Source of the DNA: Mobula hypostoma
Lineage: Eukaryota
Assembly: GCF_963921235.1 (NCBI RefSeq)
Contig: NC_086107.1
Coordinates: 60,450,001 to 60,514,000, forward strand
DNA: 64,000 bases
Direction of reading: 5' to 3'
Shown: positions 25,141 through 37,565 of the stretch, in pieces
How positions within the stretch are numbered: position 1 is the stretch's first letter
Layout: each line of letters begins with the position of its first letter
Translations under genes and position numbers: made by a program
The notes under the pieces: generated by a model
What the model saw: the letters and a program-made list of their open reading frames with translations, nothing else
Told to the model about the DNA's origin: nothing
The model's database searches: none

Positions 25141-26254
25141 CTATATCACCTGCATAATTCTGCTCAACTGTTGAAGTTTTGTGACCTTAATTCTTTAGCA
25201 CAGTCTCTTAGGCTGAAGATTTTCTCATGAGTTCCTAGTGGAAGTGAAGCATAATATCTTGGCAAAAAAAGTGCTGGGGCAATAATGCACTCTTGCTTGG
25301 CACAGGTCTCTACCACGATTGACTCTGTTGTAGATACACAAGTTCAAATTATGCCTTACATACTATCATGAAGTAAATATCAAATGGTGACATACTTATG
25401 CGAGCACCTGCATTTAGTATGATAGCTCACAGTGCCTCTTGATTGTTGCTGTCAGAGACTTTAGCAAGAGCAAAAAGTTGCATGTGTGGTGATTGGAGCA
25501 AATCCCTGCATGTTGTTGCATGGTGAAGATCATGTGCACAATCATCTCCACGGTTGGAGTTCACTTGTTGGATCATGGAGCAATTCCTTGACCACGAGAG
25601 GAGGTGTTTAAGGATTATTCTGGTGATGCTTGTCTCTGCATTAGGCAGCAGGTTCAATGCTATTTAGTTATCACAAATAAACTTTTCTCCATTTGTGAGG
25701 CCGATCACAATTATAGCATTGTTGACATCTCCTGCTATATTCTCCTCTTCCAACAAGTGGATTTGTGACTGAAGGACTTTACCACTGGGTTTAAAAAATT
25801 CAGTATGGGTATTACCCATTTCGAAGTGAACATTATTCCAGCATGGATCTGGCCACTTCATCCTCTTGTCAGTCAGGGAAGGTGGGAAATTTGGGCCCAT
25901 GGCTTGCAGTGGGCACTCACAACAAGGACGGAATCCCAGCTGAGCAGATGTTCACTGGCACTCTGTCTCTGATGAGTCTAACTAGCCCTCCCCACATTCT
26001 GTTCTTAACTCTGGGGTAAGGTGTTGGGAGCTGAGTCAGTAGATGGTGTTGATAGGGTGAAGAACATGCACGGGTCAAAGCTGCCACTAAACCTCCTGCA
26101 CTTTCTCCATTCACCACCTGCCCTTCACATCCTCAATCTTCTTTCAATAGTGCTCCTAAGATGCTGAAGTTTTTGGAGCCCTGACGAGGCATTGTTTTAT
26201 TTTCATGAAACTCTGAATTAAATTGGGGGACTACTTTGTCAAGCACCTCCACTT

Positions 26255-26782
26255 CAACTGTCACAAGCAGGCCTTCCTGGAGGCCTAACATTTGAATTCC
26301 GATTCCCATTCCGACACGTCAGTCCATGGCCTCCTCGTGTCACAATGAATATAAAGAGCAGCACCTTATATTCGGTCTTGGTGCCTCCAACCTGTTGGAA
26401 TATCGATTTTTCTTTTTGGTAAACAAATCCCACCACCCACCACCTCCTCTATTACCCACTCTGACTTCTCACCTGCCTCATATTTCCACTGGGTCTCCTG
26501 CTCCTTTCCTTTCTCCTATGGTCTATTCTCCTCTCCTATCAGATTCCTTCATCTCCAGCCCTTTCTCACCCACCTGGGTTCACCTATCACTTCCCAGCTA
26601 TTCCGCTTCCAGCTTTTTATTCTGGCATGTTCCCCCTTTCTTCTCAGCTCCGAAGAAGGGCCTCTGCCCGAAACATCAACTGTTTACTCTTTTCCATAGA
26701 TGCTGCCTGACCTGCTGAGTTCCTTCAGCATTTTGTGTGTGTTGCTTGGATTTCCAGCATCTGCAGACTTTCTCCTGTTTTG
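26255..26782 (+). mobile_element. Penelope-like element 3' fragment
   Basis: Degenerate endonuclease C-terminus (EQHLIF.LG) followed by a pyrimidine-rich UTR, degenerate hammerhead and gatgctgcctgacctgctgagttcc tail. Confidence 0.8.
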
Positions 26783-27093
26783 TAAAGGAGCTATTTAATT
26801 GCAAATTATTGCTACACGTCGTCACATTCTACGAAGCTAAAACATTCATCTTACAAAGGCGTGGATAAAATTCCTTCAAATTAACTCCAGAAAATGCTCT
26901 TGTCCAGGAAGTGTCACGAGACTGTGAGGTCGAAGTTTTATCGACCTACACTGATAATGGATTGATACAAAATTAAAATATAAAACGATCGCAGTTCAGC
27001 ATCTGCGAAGAATATCCTCACGAAAACTATGCATTTGGCCCGTGGAAAGAAAGAAAATGAGAGTAGAAAAAAACTGTTCCTGATCACACATAC

Positions 27094-27420
27094 CGGCACA
27101 GTGCCAAAATGAAACTGACAAATCCAAACGCGCCGGAAGAACGGGCGACACAGCGCGATCCCCGGCAACTGAACAAAGTTTTCCACGAGTTTAAAGAGAC
27201 GTTGGATTTAAGGCGTCTCTTGTCCGGTTTTACTAAAAAGCGCCGTCGGGAAGATTCTTCCCGCCTCACGACGCTATCCGAGTTGCTACGTTCCGAGGAT
27301 AGGCTGTTACAACTTTCCGGAATTGTGATGTTAGGTGTTAGGATTTCGCAACATTTCTTGCTTCAAAACCCTTGCTACTGAAGTCTTTCTCCCTCGTCAC
27401 TGCAAAGGGCTAATTGGTTC
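27094..27420 (-). promoter_or_regulatory. Putative PIDD1 promoter and non-coding exon 1
   Basis: Local CpG enrichment. ETS-like CCGGAAG (27133) and TTCCGGAA (27315), E2F-like TTCCCGCC (27258), CCAAT on the minus strand (~27413), and a minus-strand donor CCG|GTATGT at 27093. No transcript evidence. Confidence 0.5.
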
Positions 27421-28389
27421 TCACTATAGACCCGACCACTTCTGCATTTCCTGTTCAAGTCACATACACTAACTCTGACAGACGCCTTTCTCTGTAAGAG
27501 TGTATCTTTCAGAGTACACAAAGGTGCCTTCTACACGGGATGTGCTAATACTACTAATGTATGGACCTGATAACACTATAAACGGACGACACTATTAACG
27601 TAAAGAAAGCTCTGCACTGTTTTCACTTTTTGTGTATATATTTTATTAAATTTAGTTTCGAACTTACAAAAATGCTTCAGTCATGAACCATCTAATCCGT
27701 TTTACACCTGAGCCCAGCGACTGGGACTTCCTAGTCCAAGCTGACAGATGGTAACGCGATAGATCAAGCTTAACTTTCCGCATCACTGGCTTTGCAAATA
27801 ACTTGATAGCATTCTTCGACTGGAAAACGATCATTTAAACAAAAACTGTGATCATTTTTTGGGGGGCAGAGGAATCTCTGTCCGGGCTTATAAAGTAATT
27901 TCAGAACGTACTGGACACGTAAACTGACACACACATAGACATTTTTATTTCACTGTACATACCATAAACTTTCGCTCTGCAAACGTTATTGGAACATACA
28001 TGCCCAAATTCACCAATATTTGAAAATCCCAGGCATCCATCATTAGAGACTCTCCCCATCCCAGACATGCCCTTTTCTCATTACTACCATCAAGGAGGAG
28101 GTACCTGAGTCTGAGGAGGTTTACTCTGTACGCTCAGTGTTTGAAGACCAGCCTCTTCCCCTCCATCATCAGCTTCCTGAATGGCCCTCATATACATTAC
28201 CTCACTTTCTGCATTATTTATTTATCTTTTGAATATTTATTTTGTAACATATAGAAATTTCTAGACATATTGTACTGTAGAACTGTTGCAAAACAACAAA
28301 TTTCACATAAACCTGATTCTGATGCTAAAAAACCTCTTTCACTGACATGTTCTCACCCTGATAGCTAACATCCATGAAGGGATCTTGAA

Positions 28390-29090
28390 CAAAGTGGATG
28401 ACTTCCCATATTTCAGAAAGACCAGACACAGGTGATGAAATCCACCACTGTCTTCAATGTGCCAACACACCCTTTGGAGTTGCTGATGGCCAAAACATCA
28501 AACCTGTCACTAGACTCATGGTCCATAACTCCATACTGATCTCCCACACTCATATACACATCAGATATATGGAAACCTGCAGTCAGTATCTCATTACCCC
28601 GAAATGTATCAGAAACGCTGCTTCTGTAAAATCATTCAGATTCATTGTAAGGATAGATAAACCAATATCCCTAACATCAAGAATTTATCCATGTTCAAGT
28701 GGTTTTAATGTCAATCCATGTTACCTGCACAGTCGACGTTAGTGGCCCAAATCAAACTTTAACACAGCAAGCAATCTATGAGAATAGACAGTAAATCTTT
28801 CAAGAATCTTTGTCACAGAAGTGATCTTTGAGAACAGACATCAGATCCTCTCTAGTCACTGGGAGTTCCAAGCTTAAGAATACCTATATTGGCTGAGAAG
28901 CATAAAATTAGCTGAAAGCAATGTGAGTACGTCCATCAAGAGCACATGGAGGCCAAGCACAAGTCCAATCCAGCCACCAAGCTCCACCTGTCCCACCTGT
29001 GCAAAATCTGCAATGGACTGATTGGTCACCTCGGAACTCTCAGAACTCTAGTGATGTATCCTTGACACTGAGGGACAGCCTCTGAAGATT
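28390..29090 (+). mobile_element. Old RTE-type LINE 3' remnant
   Basis: Degenerate match to the RTE ORF C-terminus (PTLLY..ETW, QRCLRKIL.I.W.D pattern). Related minus-strand remnants at ~10850-11110, ~23700-24440 and ~25430-26100. Confidence 0.55.
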
Positions 29091-30004
29091 TTTTCTCATT
29101 TTATGCAGTGTCTAGTCGTACGATCTGTGAAATCTTCAATGTGTTAAATTAAAACATTCACAGTGATAGACATGACAATTTGCAGGAAAAAAAACCTAAC
29201 AGAGATTATGATGAAGGGCCATTGACCCATGAGTCACTTTCCACTGTTACTACCTGACCTGGTGTGTGTTGTCTATCCAATTTTACTTCCATCATCCACA
29301 GCTCCTTTTGCTCTTCACTTAGTAGACCACTAGATTAATTCCCAATATTTGCTCCTAAAGAATGAACTCTATAAGGCCATCAGGATTTTTAACTTGTAAA
29401 ATAAACTTGTCACTACAAAGTCGTACAGTAATAGAATGTAGATTCTTGGGTTGGGTATGGGGAGGGGGAATTGTGGTTTATTATTTCACTAATTCATTGG
29501 CATTACATTATTTCTGTGTGTCAAATTCAAGAACAACTATTTACCTTTCGTTTCTTGAACCAACCTGCAAAACCCTCTTCACTACCTCAATATAGCAATC
29601 ACTTTGATCTAATCGTGCTCTTTCTTATAAAAATTTAAAATAATTTAATGTTTGTTTTTCTTGTGAAAGCCAAATTCAATGCTATGTTCCCGTGATGCTG
29701 CTGCAAATACATGTTTCACTGTAATTGTGCAAATCACAGCCGCAGCTAATAAAGTCAAAGTCGAGTTTATTGCTGTGATTTTCCCTGCTCTTGAGTGTAC
29801 TGAAGCTGTAGGATTCAACAGATAACGTTCTTAGCAATTAATATGATTCAAAGACATACAACATTGTAAAAGAGTTTCAGAGTCTTACCTGGTGGTAATG
29901 TTTTACTTATTTTGCAGTAAAACATCATGTCATATAACTTCTGTCCGACAACAGCACCAACTAACTCTTTGACATCAAACGTCCCCAACTGCAGTTCAAA
30001 AACT

Positions 30005-30730
30005 TCTAACCAATCACGTAGAGGATTACTCAGGCGGCGGTGGGGTTGGCCAAAGGCCGGCTCCGGCTGCCCAATAGCGTGGCGAGCAGCCGACGCATGC
30101 TCCTTATGTGGGTGAACGGGGACGAGGCTCTTTCTTTTAGCGCCCTGCGTGTGCCGGAGGAAAGGCGAGCGCTTCCCCTATCCTGCCAAGTAAGTTGGCC
30201 CCGCTGCACCCGCGCTTGCTCTCGGGCAGCATGCTCCTTCCCTCGGACACCGATATGCACCCGAAGGCTCCACACACTCGGTGTCGCAGGGGAGGATAAG
30301 GTTTTGAAGGGGGGGAAAGCTGAGGCCTAACCGGGGCCTGGCTGCTGAAGGAGTGGCAGGCCCAGGACATGCCGGTGAGGGGAGAGGGGGGGGGGGTGAG
30401 GACGATGCCGGCCGGATCGGGATTCGCCTCTCGGCAGGGAAGAAGACCTTCTCCCCACTGCTAGTCACTGAATTGACGGGCGGCGAGCGGGGGAAGGGGA
30501 GCAGTCTCCGCCTGCATTCACCGCTCCCACGTGCGGCTGGCTCGGGGCCCGACTATTACTCGGGCCTGAGGATGTCGGCTGACATTCGGTGATGGGACGC
30601 TGGATCAACGGTAACTGCGGGCCGTCAGCCAGAGCTCCGGCCACTGCTACACCAGCGTTCTCGGTCGCGGCTCCTTCAACCTCACCTCACTAGTGCTGCC
30701 GACGAAGGCCTGACCATGGGGCGGTGGTGG
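30005..30730 (+). promoter_or_regulatory. RPLP2: RPLP2 CpG-island promoter with CCAAT boxes and TCT/5'TOP initiator
   Basis: GC- and CpG-rich stretch. CCAAT at ~30010 and ~30072. Pyrimidine tract CTCTTTCTTTT at 30128-30138 matches the TCT motif (YC+1TYTYY) typical of ribosomal protein genes. Confidence 0.85.
30130..30189 (+). other. RPLP2: RPLP2 non-coding exon 1 (5'TOP leader)
   Basis: Starts in the TOP tract and ends at a perfect donor CAA|GTAAGT. Splicing to 33522 gives the Kozak context GCCAAG-ATG. Confidence 0.8.
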
Positions 30731-31789
30731 GCTTTTCCCTTGTCGTGGTTTTTGTCCCAATACTATCCGTTGTCCCTTCCACTGCCCCTTTTTTAAATAG
30801 TGGATTAGGAGATTAATTATAACAAAATGTTAACTAACAAATAAGTCGTTTTTTTCCAGTTAATATTGTTTTGAATTCGCGCTATTAAGCAGGAATTACT
30901 TTTGTTAAAGTAAATCAAGATTTGAAAACCCAGGCATTCTCTTTTACCTTCTACAGTGGGATGGTCTATTTAAAAGATTTGAGGTATTTAAGGAACACCT
31001 TTAGATTTGCATGATGAAGTTATTCTTGATTGAGGCTTCAATTTATCCACCTTGCTTTTAAGACTGCTAGTCTGTTGTGGATATCTGACCCACCATGGTT
31101 CCTTGTGTCAGATAACTCCAGACGTTCCCAATCATTGAGCAAAGCCTTCTCTCTTTACACAGGACCCTTTCATATGATCGTGACTTAAAAATCCTTATAT
31201 TTGAGGCGACAGGCATCTCTTGGATTTTTATCTTGCAGTTGGGAAAATTGTCCTTTTCTCAAGGTATCTCACCAAATCGGCTAGATGATATATATATAGT
31301 TTGCTCTATTGTCTTAAGTTTTGCAAAATGTGTAATTGCTGAGTTTTCCTAACCAAATTTGTCGCTGTTTTGGGCAGCAGCAGAGCACACAGGATGGCTT
31401 GCATTCCTTTGGATAAATGCCTGATTGAGAATTTGACAGCGTTGCTTTGAATGTTGATTTTTGAAAGGCTTGGGTCAAAGGTCACCATGTCTGCTGAAAT
31501 ATTTTGTTGAAGATACAAAAATTCAAAACCCATTGTTTCTACTGCCATTCTCAAGCTTTCAAACGGGAGAGACACTTCTTTTACTGGATGGATTGTAACC
31601 ATTTTGTATAAGGTTTGCCATTGGATGGAATTTGACCCAAGTTACAAGAGCTGTTAAACCCTGGGGGGTGGTGAGTTTAAGGAATGCGCTTGGATAATGG
31701 AAGCAAATTAGGCCATTTTGCTAGCACTGATTAAGATTAAGGTTGATCTTTAGATTCCTCTTTGCCGCAATAACCATATATCTGTTATT

Positions 31790-32385
31790 CCTTTGGTGGC
31801 ATCTGTTAGTCTCGCGAGACCATGGATCTGCGCCTGGAAGGTTTCCAGGGTGCAGGCCTGGGCAAGGTTTTATGGAAGACCGGCAGTTGCCCATGCAGCA
31901 AGTCTCCCCTCTCCACGCCACTAATGTTGTCCAAGGGAAGGGCAAGGGCTGATACAACTTGGCACCGATGTTGTCGCAGGAGTTGCCGGAATGAGGTTGA
32001 AGACAATGTCAGACTGGCTTGGGGACTCCAGCTCCAGATTTGTCCTCAGGGTTTACTCCCGAAGCTTTTCCCATGAGTGGGTATGGCCGCAAGGCAGCAG
32101 AGGTTTGAAATCGGAGTTTTCCCTCTCTTAGATGGACTGCCTTCCCAGGCTGACGAGCTCCATCTACCCAAAGCACTGGTTTTAAGGTGCCAGGACCCGC
32201 CTTCGCCCCTTCTCCTGTCAGTAGAAACAGTTACGGCAGGCTTAGAGGCTAAGCCACATGAGACAGCCAGGAGTTGGGACTTGGTTGCCAGAGGCTATTC
32301 GAGTCGCATGCCATGAGGAGCACTTTTAGGTAGTGGGAGCTTGTCCCCACCACCACTCCTTGGCTTGACAACCTTAGGAACCTTC
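31790..32385 (-). mobile_element. Probable RTE-clade 5'UTR-derived non-autonomous element in RPLP2 intron 1
   Basis: Minus strand contains gggaaggcagtccatctaagagagggaaaactccgatttcaaacc, resembling RTE 5'UTRs (from recall). Several GC-rich hairpins. Confidence 0.5.
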
Positions 32386-32859
32386 AAGTGACAAACATTG
32401 TGACAGTCTCCAGCCTTTCTGTTTAGTGAATTTCAAAGATTTGCTAAGCTGGGGTGAAGAAATGTCACTAAACATTGGACACCTTGAATTGGTGAACCCT
32501 GGTTCTGGGCTGCCTGACTGGGGAAATGTCAAATGTTGTCAATACTGAGAGCCTGTGGCAATGAAAGCCCAGTGTAAGGCAGTGAGTTTGTAATTACCAA
32601 TTGGCTTGAGTAGTCCAGATACAAGTAGCTTCATACATGAAATGGTTGGTGGGGTTTCAATTTTTGAAGCTTGGGTAGGTACATGAATGGGAGGGATATT
32701 GTTCAGGTATCTTCTAGGCAGAAGTTCAAGGGTTTGCACGCAATCTAATCTGGGTTATGTTGTCTGCAGATTTTGTGTATTTTTGGCTTTTTAGCGCAAA
32801 TGTTGATATTACAACAAGCCAAAAGATTAAACTAAGCTTCATCCTAATACATTGCTCCT

Positions 32860-33515
32860 TCCACAGTCTCCATCAGCACAGATGCACCACAACTGCCTGG
32901 TGTGTTTAGCCCCCTGCTAGACTCTTTATACTTATGACTGAGTTTCAAGCCATATTTAACTTTATTGGCACCACTGTCATTGGCTGAATCAAAGGTGGTG
33001 ACAAATCAGCACATATTAGCAAGATTGAAAATCTGGCTGAGTGGTGCCACAACAACTTTTCAATGTCAGCAAGACCAAAGAGATGGTTATTGACTTCAGC
33101 AGGAAGAAACCAGAGGTCCATAATTTTTGGTGTCCTCATTTTTGGTGGGGGGGGGGCAGCGGGGAGAATCAGAGGTGGAGAGGGTCAATGGCTCCTATCA
33201 GGAAGAAGATTAAAGAACCTCAGCAGTAGTTATCCCTCAACCATCAGGGTCTTGAACCAGAAGGGATAACTTTGCTCACCCCATCAGTGAACTCGCACTG
33301 CATGTGGGTCGTGTTCATATCATGTTCTTGATATATTATCTGTTATTTCCTCCGTTTGCATGCTTTATTGTTGACAAACATTGGTTGTTTGTCCAATTGG
33401 GTGCGGTTTATCATTGATTTTTTTTTGTGTTGCTTGTATTTACTGTGATTGACCACAAAAATGACTCTCAAGCTTGTCTATGGGTGCATTTTTGATCACT
33501 TACTTTGAATTTGTT
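32860..33515 (+). mobile_element. Degenerate Rex1/Babar LINE abutting the RPLP2 first coding acceptor
   Basis: Remnants of CVLSPLL, NVSKTKEMVIDF and the family 3'UTR ending tactttgaa. Confidence 0.6.
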
Positions 33516-33522
33516 TTTTAGG

Positions 33523-33645
33523 ATGCGTTACATTGCGGCTTACCTCCTTGCTGTATTGGGTGGAAATGAAGCCCCATCTTCAAAGGATATCAAGAAGATT
33601 CTTGATAGTGTTGGGATTGAAGCTGATGATGAGCGATTGAACAAG
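33523..33645 (+). CDS. RPLP2: RPLP2 coding exon 1 (60S acidic ribosomal protein P2)
   Basis: ttttag|G-ATG. MRYIAAYLLAVLGGNEAPSSKDIKKILDSVGIEADDERLNK. Donor AAG|GTATTG. Confidence 0.98.
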
Positions 33646-33722
33646 GTATTGTTTGTGTATTGAAGAGCATTGGTATTACTGAATTTCCATTTCCTAAATT
33701 AACACTTTAAAATGAATTTCAG

Positions 33723-33771
33723 GTGATCAGTGAACTGAAAGGCAAGAATATAGATGATGTCATCAGTGCTG
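33723..33771 (+). CDS. RPLP2: RPLP2 coding exon 2
   Basis: ttcag acceptor, VISELKGKNIDDVISA, donor G|GTGAGT, 49 nt. Confidence 0.97.
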
Positions 33772-34802
33772 GTGAGTCACACTTTTTAATATTTGTTTCT
33801 AAAGTCATAGGCCTGGGATGCAAGAGTAATTTTAACAATTACTCTACTGAAAAGGTTGCCAATAATTCTCTTAATCTACCTGCCTAAAATTATTTTATTC
33901 AAAATGACATGGTACTTGCAGTAGAAGACAGTTTAGACCAAGAGTTCCCAAGACCACTTGCCTAATGGCATAAAAAGGTTGGGAGCCCCTTATTTAGACT
34001 CTGGCATCTTCTCCACTTAATTAGCTCATGGCTATTGGATTGTAGCCATTGCTTTTTATTCCAGCAGTAACTTTTAGCTTTGTTCATTGAACATATAATA
34101 TCTACTTATTCAAATGTCCTGCTTCAGCCATCAAGGAAGAGTTCCAAAGATTTGGAACTGAATGATCTTGTACTGCCCTATAAACCCATCTCTTTTCCTC
34201 CTTTCTGAAGAGAAAAGGCCTAGCTTGCTCACCTTTCCTTGTAAGACCTACTCTCCAATTCGGGTAGCATCTTGGAAAGTCTCTGCACCCTCAAACTTTC
34301 AGGTCCTTTGTATGAGGTGTCCAAAACTGAAAACAATAATCCTGTTGAGGACTGACCAAAGCTTCTTTATCGAGCAGCATTGGTCTATGGCTTTTGAACT
34401 CAATCTGCCCTGACTAATGAAGGTCAACCCTGTTAATCTACACTGACACTTAAGGGGATCTATGGGCATGGACCCTGAGATTTCCCTGTTCCTCCATACT
34501 GTTATGAATCCTGTTTCAACCATGTGAAGTGAATCACTTCACACTTCTCCATCTGTGACTCATCGCAGCTCTACATCCTATTAATGTTGTGTTGTAACCT
34601 ACAACAGGATCTTACAATCCACAACACCAACAGAGTGCCATCAACAGACACTCCCTCTTGCAAGTCATTGCAAGGACAGAGGTTCCAGAACAGATCATTT
34701 GGAATGCAGCTAATCACTCCATGCATGATCTGCTCCATCTACTGCCTCCCTCTGCCTTCTGTGGGCAAACCCGTTCTGAATCTGCCTTGTCAAGATCTTT
34801 CA

Positions 34803-35490
34803 AACAGGAGAAAGGATGCAAATGCTGGAAATCCAGGCAACACACAAAATGCTGGAGGACCTTAACAGGCCAGGTAGCATCTATGAGAAAAAAGCACAGT
34901 GAACGTTTTGGGCCAAGACCCATCAGCAGGACTGGGAAGGGATGAGTAGATTTAAAAGATGGGGGAGGGGAGAGAGAAAAACGTGAGATGAGATGTGAAA
35001 TGTTGGGGGCGGTGGCAGGTGAAGTAAAGAGCTGGGAAATTGATTGGTGAAAGATATGGGGCTGGAGAAGGGAGACTGGTTGGAGAGAGCAGAAGGCCAT
35101 GGAAGAAAGCAAGGGGGAGGGCACCAGAGGGAGGGGGTGGTGCATTACCAGAAGTTTGAGAAATAGATGTTCATCAGGTGGAGGCTGCCCAGATGGATTA
35201 CAAGGTGTCATTCCTCCAACCTGAGTGTGGCCTCATCACAACAGAGGAGGCCATGGATTACCAAATGGGAAGTGGAGTTAAAATGGGTGGCTACTAGGTG
35301 ATCCTGCTTCTACGCTCCAACCACAAGGTACTTTGCAATATGGTCTACCAATCTACATTGGGTCTCACCGATATACAGGAGGCCACACTGGCCGCACTAT
35401 ATGACCCCCAGCAGATTCACGGTGAAGTGTCAATTCATCTGGAAGGACTGGGACTCTGGTAGTGAGGAAGGAGGCGTAGGGGCAAGTAAC
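34803..35490 (-). mobile_element. Penelope-like element 3' fragment (antisense to RPLP2)
   Basis: Reverse complement of the endonuclease C-terminus, UTR, hammerhead remnant and tail. Confidence 0.8.
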
Positions 35491-35543
35491 AGAACAAGTG
35501 CAGAGCACCTGTGCTCTGTCCTCCAGAAGAAGTGGGATCTCCC

Positions 35544-35745
35544 AGTGGCACGTGACCAAGTGGTTAAGGTGTTCGCCTAGTGATCTCAAGGTTGCTGGTT
35601 CGAGCCTCAGCTGTGGCAGTGTGTTTGTGTCCTTGAGCAAGGCACTTAACCACACATTGCTCCAGTGTCTGTGGGAGGAGTGGCGCCCCACACAGACTTC
35701 CAATCTGCACCTTGTAAGGCATGAAAATGCCTGATGCAGGCCTCT
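35544..35745 (+). mobile_element. tRNA-derived CORE-type SINE
   Basis: A box TGACCAAGTGG, B box GGTTCGAGCC, then CORE-like TGTGTCCTTGAGCAAGGCACTTAACC. Confidence 0.75.
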
Positions 35746-35749
35746 TGTG

Positions 35750-36280
35750 GTCTCGACGTTCCCTCCCCCCAGTGGCCACCAATTTTATATCCACTTTCAA
35801 TTCCAACATGTCAATCCGTGGCCGCCTCTGTCGTGATGAGGCCGCACTCTGGTTGGAGCAACAGCACTTTGTATTCTGTCTGGGTAGCCTCCAACCCAAC
35901 TTCTGGTGGTGCCCCCCTTCACCATTCCCCATCCTCTTTACCCCTCCCCCTCACTATAACTCCTTGCCTGCCCATCTCCTCCCATTGATTCTTCCCCTCC
36001 ATGACTTTCTGCCCTCTTAAGATTCCGTCTTCTCTAGCTCTGTATCTCTTACACCGATCAAGTTCCCAGCTCTTCAACCCTCTCCCTGCTGGTTTCACCT
36101 GTCACCTTGTTTCTCTTCTCCTTTTCCCCTCTTCTCCCCCCCCCCACCAAACTTTTAAATCCACTCAGCTTTTTCCTCCAGTCCTCTTGAAGGGTTTCAG
36201 CCCAAAATGTCAACTCCCTCCCCCCTCCCCCCCGAGATGCTGCCTGACCTGCTGCGTTCCTCCAGCATTTTATTTTGGTG
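35750..36280 (+). mobile_element. Penelope-like element 3' fragment
   Basis: LPPVAT...CRDEAALWLEQQHFVFCLGSLQP followed by UTR, hammerhead remnant and tail. Confidence 0.8.
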
Positions 36281-36579
36281 TGTGGGTCAGGATCATGCTT
36301 TGTTACTGTCAACAAAACGTTCAAGGCTTTAAACTGTACTTGAATAGCATCAAGGGTCTTGGTTAAAATGCTGGTATCGGTAAATGTGGTTATTTTATGT
36401 GGAACATTAATTTTGGATTAGCTTGTGCTACAGTGAATTCAGGTGGTAAAACTTCAGTGGTTTATTTAGCAACCCTTAGTTCCAAGCTACAGGATGGGAT
36501 TAAACCCTTGACTAGGCCACAATTTAGTTAGGAACTCTAGTGCGGTACCAAATTGTTGAGGACACACGTTTTTTTTGAT

Positions 36580-37565
36580 CGATCTTTAAGGATCGTGGTT
36601 TCCCTTCTGCCATATCAATGATGCCCTCGCCCACATCTCCTCCATTTCCCACACTTCGGCCCTCACCCCATCCTCCCACCACCACAACAGGGATAGAGTT
36701 CCCTTTCTCCTCACCTACCACCCCACCAGCCTCCGGATCCAGCACATTATCCTCCGCAACTTCCGCCACCTTCAACAGGACCCCACCACTAAGCACATCT
36801 TTCCCTCTCCACCACTTTCAGCAGGGATCATTTCCTCTGTGACTCCCTGGTCCACACGTCCCTCCCCACAGATCTCCCCACCCGGCACTTATCCCTGTAA
36901 GCGTAAGTGCTACACCTGTCCCTACACCTCCTCTCTCACCACCATTCTGGGCCCCAAACAGTCCTTCCAGGTGAGGCAACACTTCACTTGTGAGTCTGTG
37001 GTCATTTATTGCATCTGGTGCGGCCTCCTCTACATCGTGAAACCCGACGCAGATTGGGGGACTACTGTGTCGAGCACCTCCGCTCCGTCCGCCACAACAA
37101 GCAGGATCTCCCGGTTGCCACCCACTTCAGCTCTGCTTCCCATTCCCATTTGGATTTGTCCATACATGGCCTCTTTTACTGCCATGATGAGGCTAAACTC
37201 AGGTTGGAGGACCAACACCTCATATATTGTCTAGGTAGTCTCCAGCCCCTTGGTATGAACATAGAATTCTCCAACTTCCAGTTATTCCTTCCCCCATCCC
37301 AGTTTCACTCTACCCCCATCCCAGCTGCCTGTCACCTCCCTCATGGTTCTGCCTCCTTCTAGTACCCATTCTGTTTTCCCCTATTCCTTTTTCACCTTTC
37401 CTGCCTATCACCACCCTGCTTCCTCTCCCCCACCTTCTTTATAGGCCCTCTGCCCCTTCCCTCTTCAGTCCTGACGAAGGGTTCCGGCCCAAAACGTTGA
37501 CTGATCATTTCCATGGATGCTGCCTGACCTGCTGAGTTCCTCCAGCGTGTTGAGAGTGTTGTTTT
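36580..37565 (+). mobile_element. Penelope-like element (probably Neptune clade) with GIY-YIG endonuclease remnant
   Basis: GTYPCKRKCYTC Cys-rich linker, VIYCIWC..LLYI.ETRRRLGD..VEH, LRLEDQHLIYCLGSLQPLGMN across two frames. Hammerhead-like motif at 37466-37503. Confidence 0.9.

Noticed and set aside
21200-30400. p53 response element expected for PIDD1
   Set aside because: Only isolated half-sites were seen (AAACATGTTC ~21240, AGACATGCCC ~28063 inside a Rex1 remnant, GGACATGCCG ~30365). No paired site was found by eye; a PWM scan is needed.
29927-30592. Several overlapping ORFs on both strands
   Set aside because: Expected stop-codon scarcity in a GC-rich CpG island.
31011-31088. Box C (ATGATGA) and box D (CTGA) 78 nt apart in RPLP2 intron 1, possible C/D snoRNA
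   Set aside because: No terminal stem and no recognisable rRNA guide. The region before box D is tied up in an internal TATCCAC/GTGGATA hairpin. A cmscan would settle it.
35544-35620. tRNA gene
   Set aside because: A and B boxes are present but the acceptor stem is not formed, and the sequence continues into a CORE-like SINE body.
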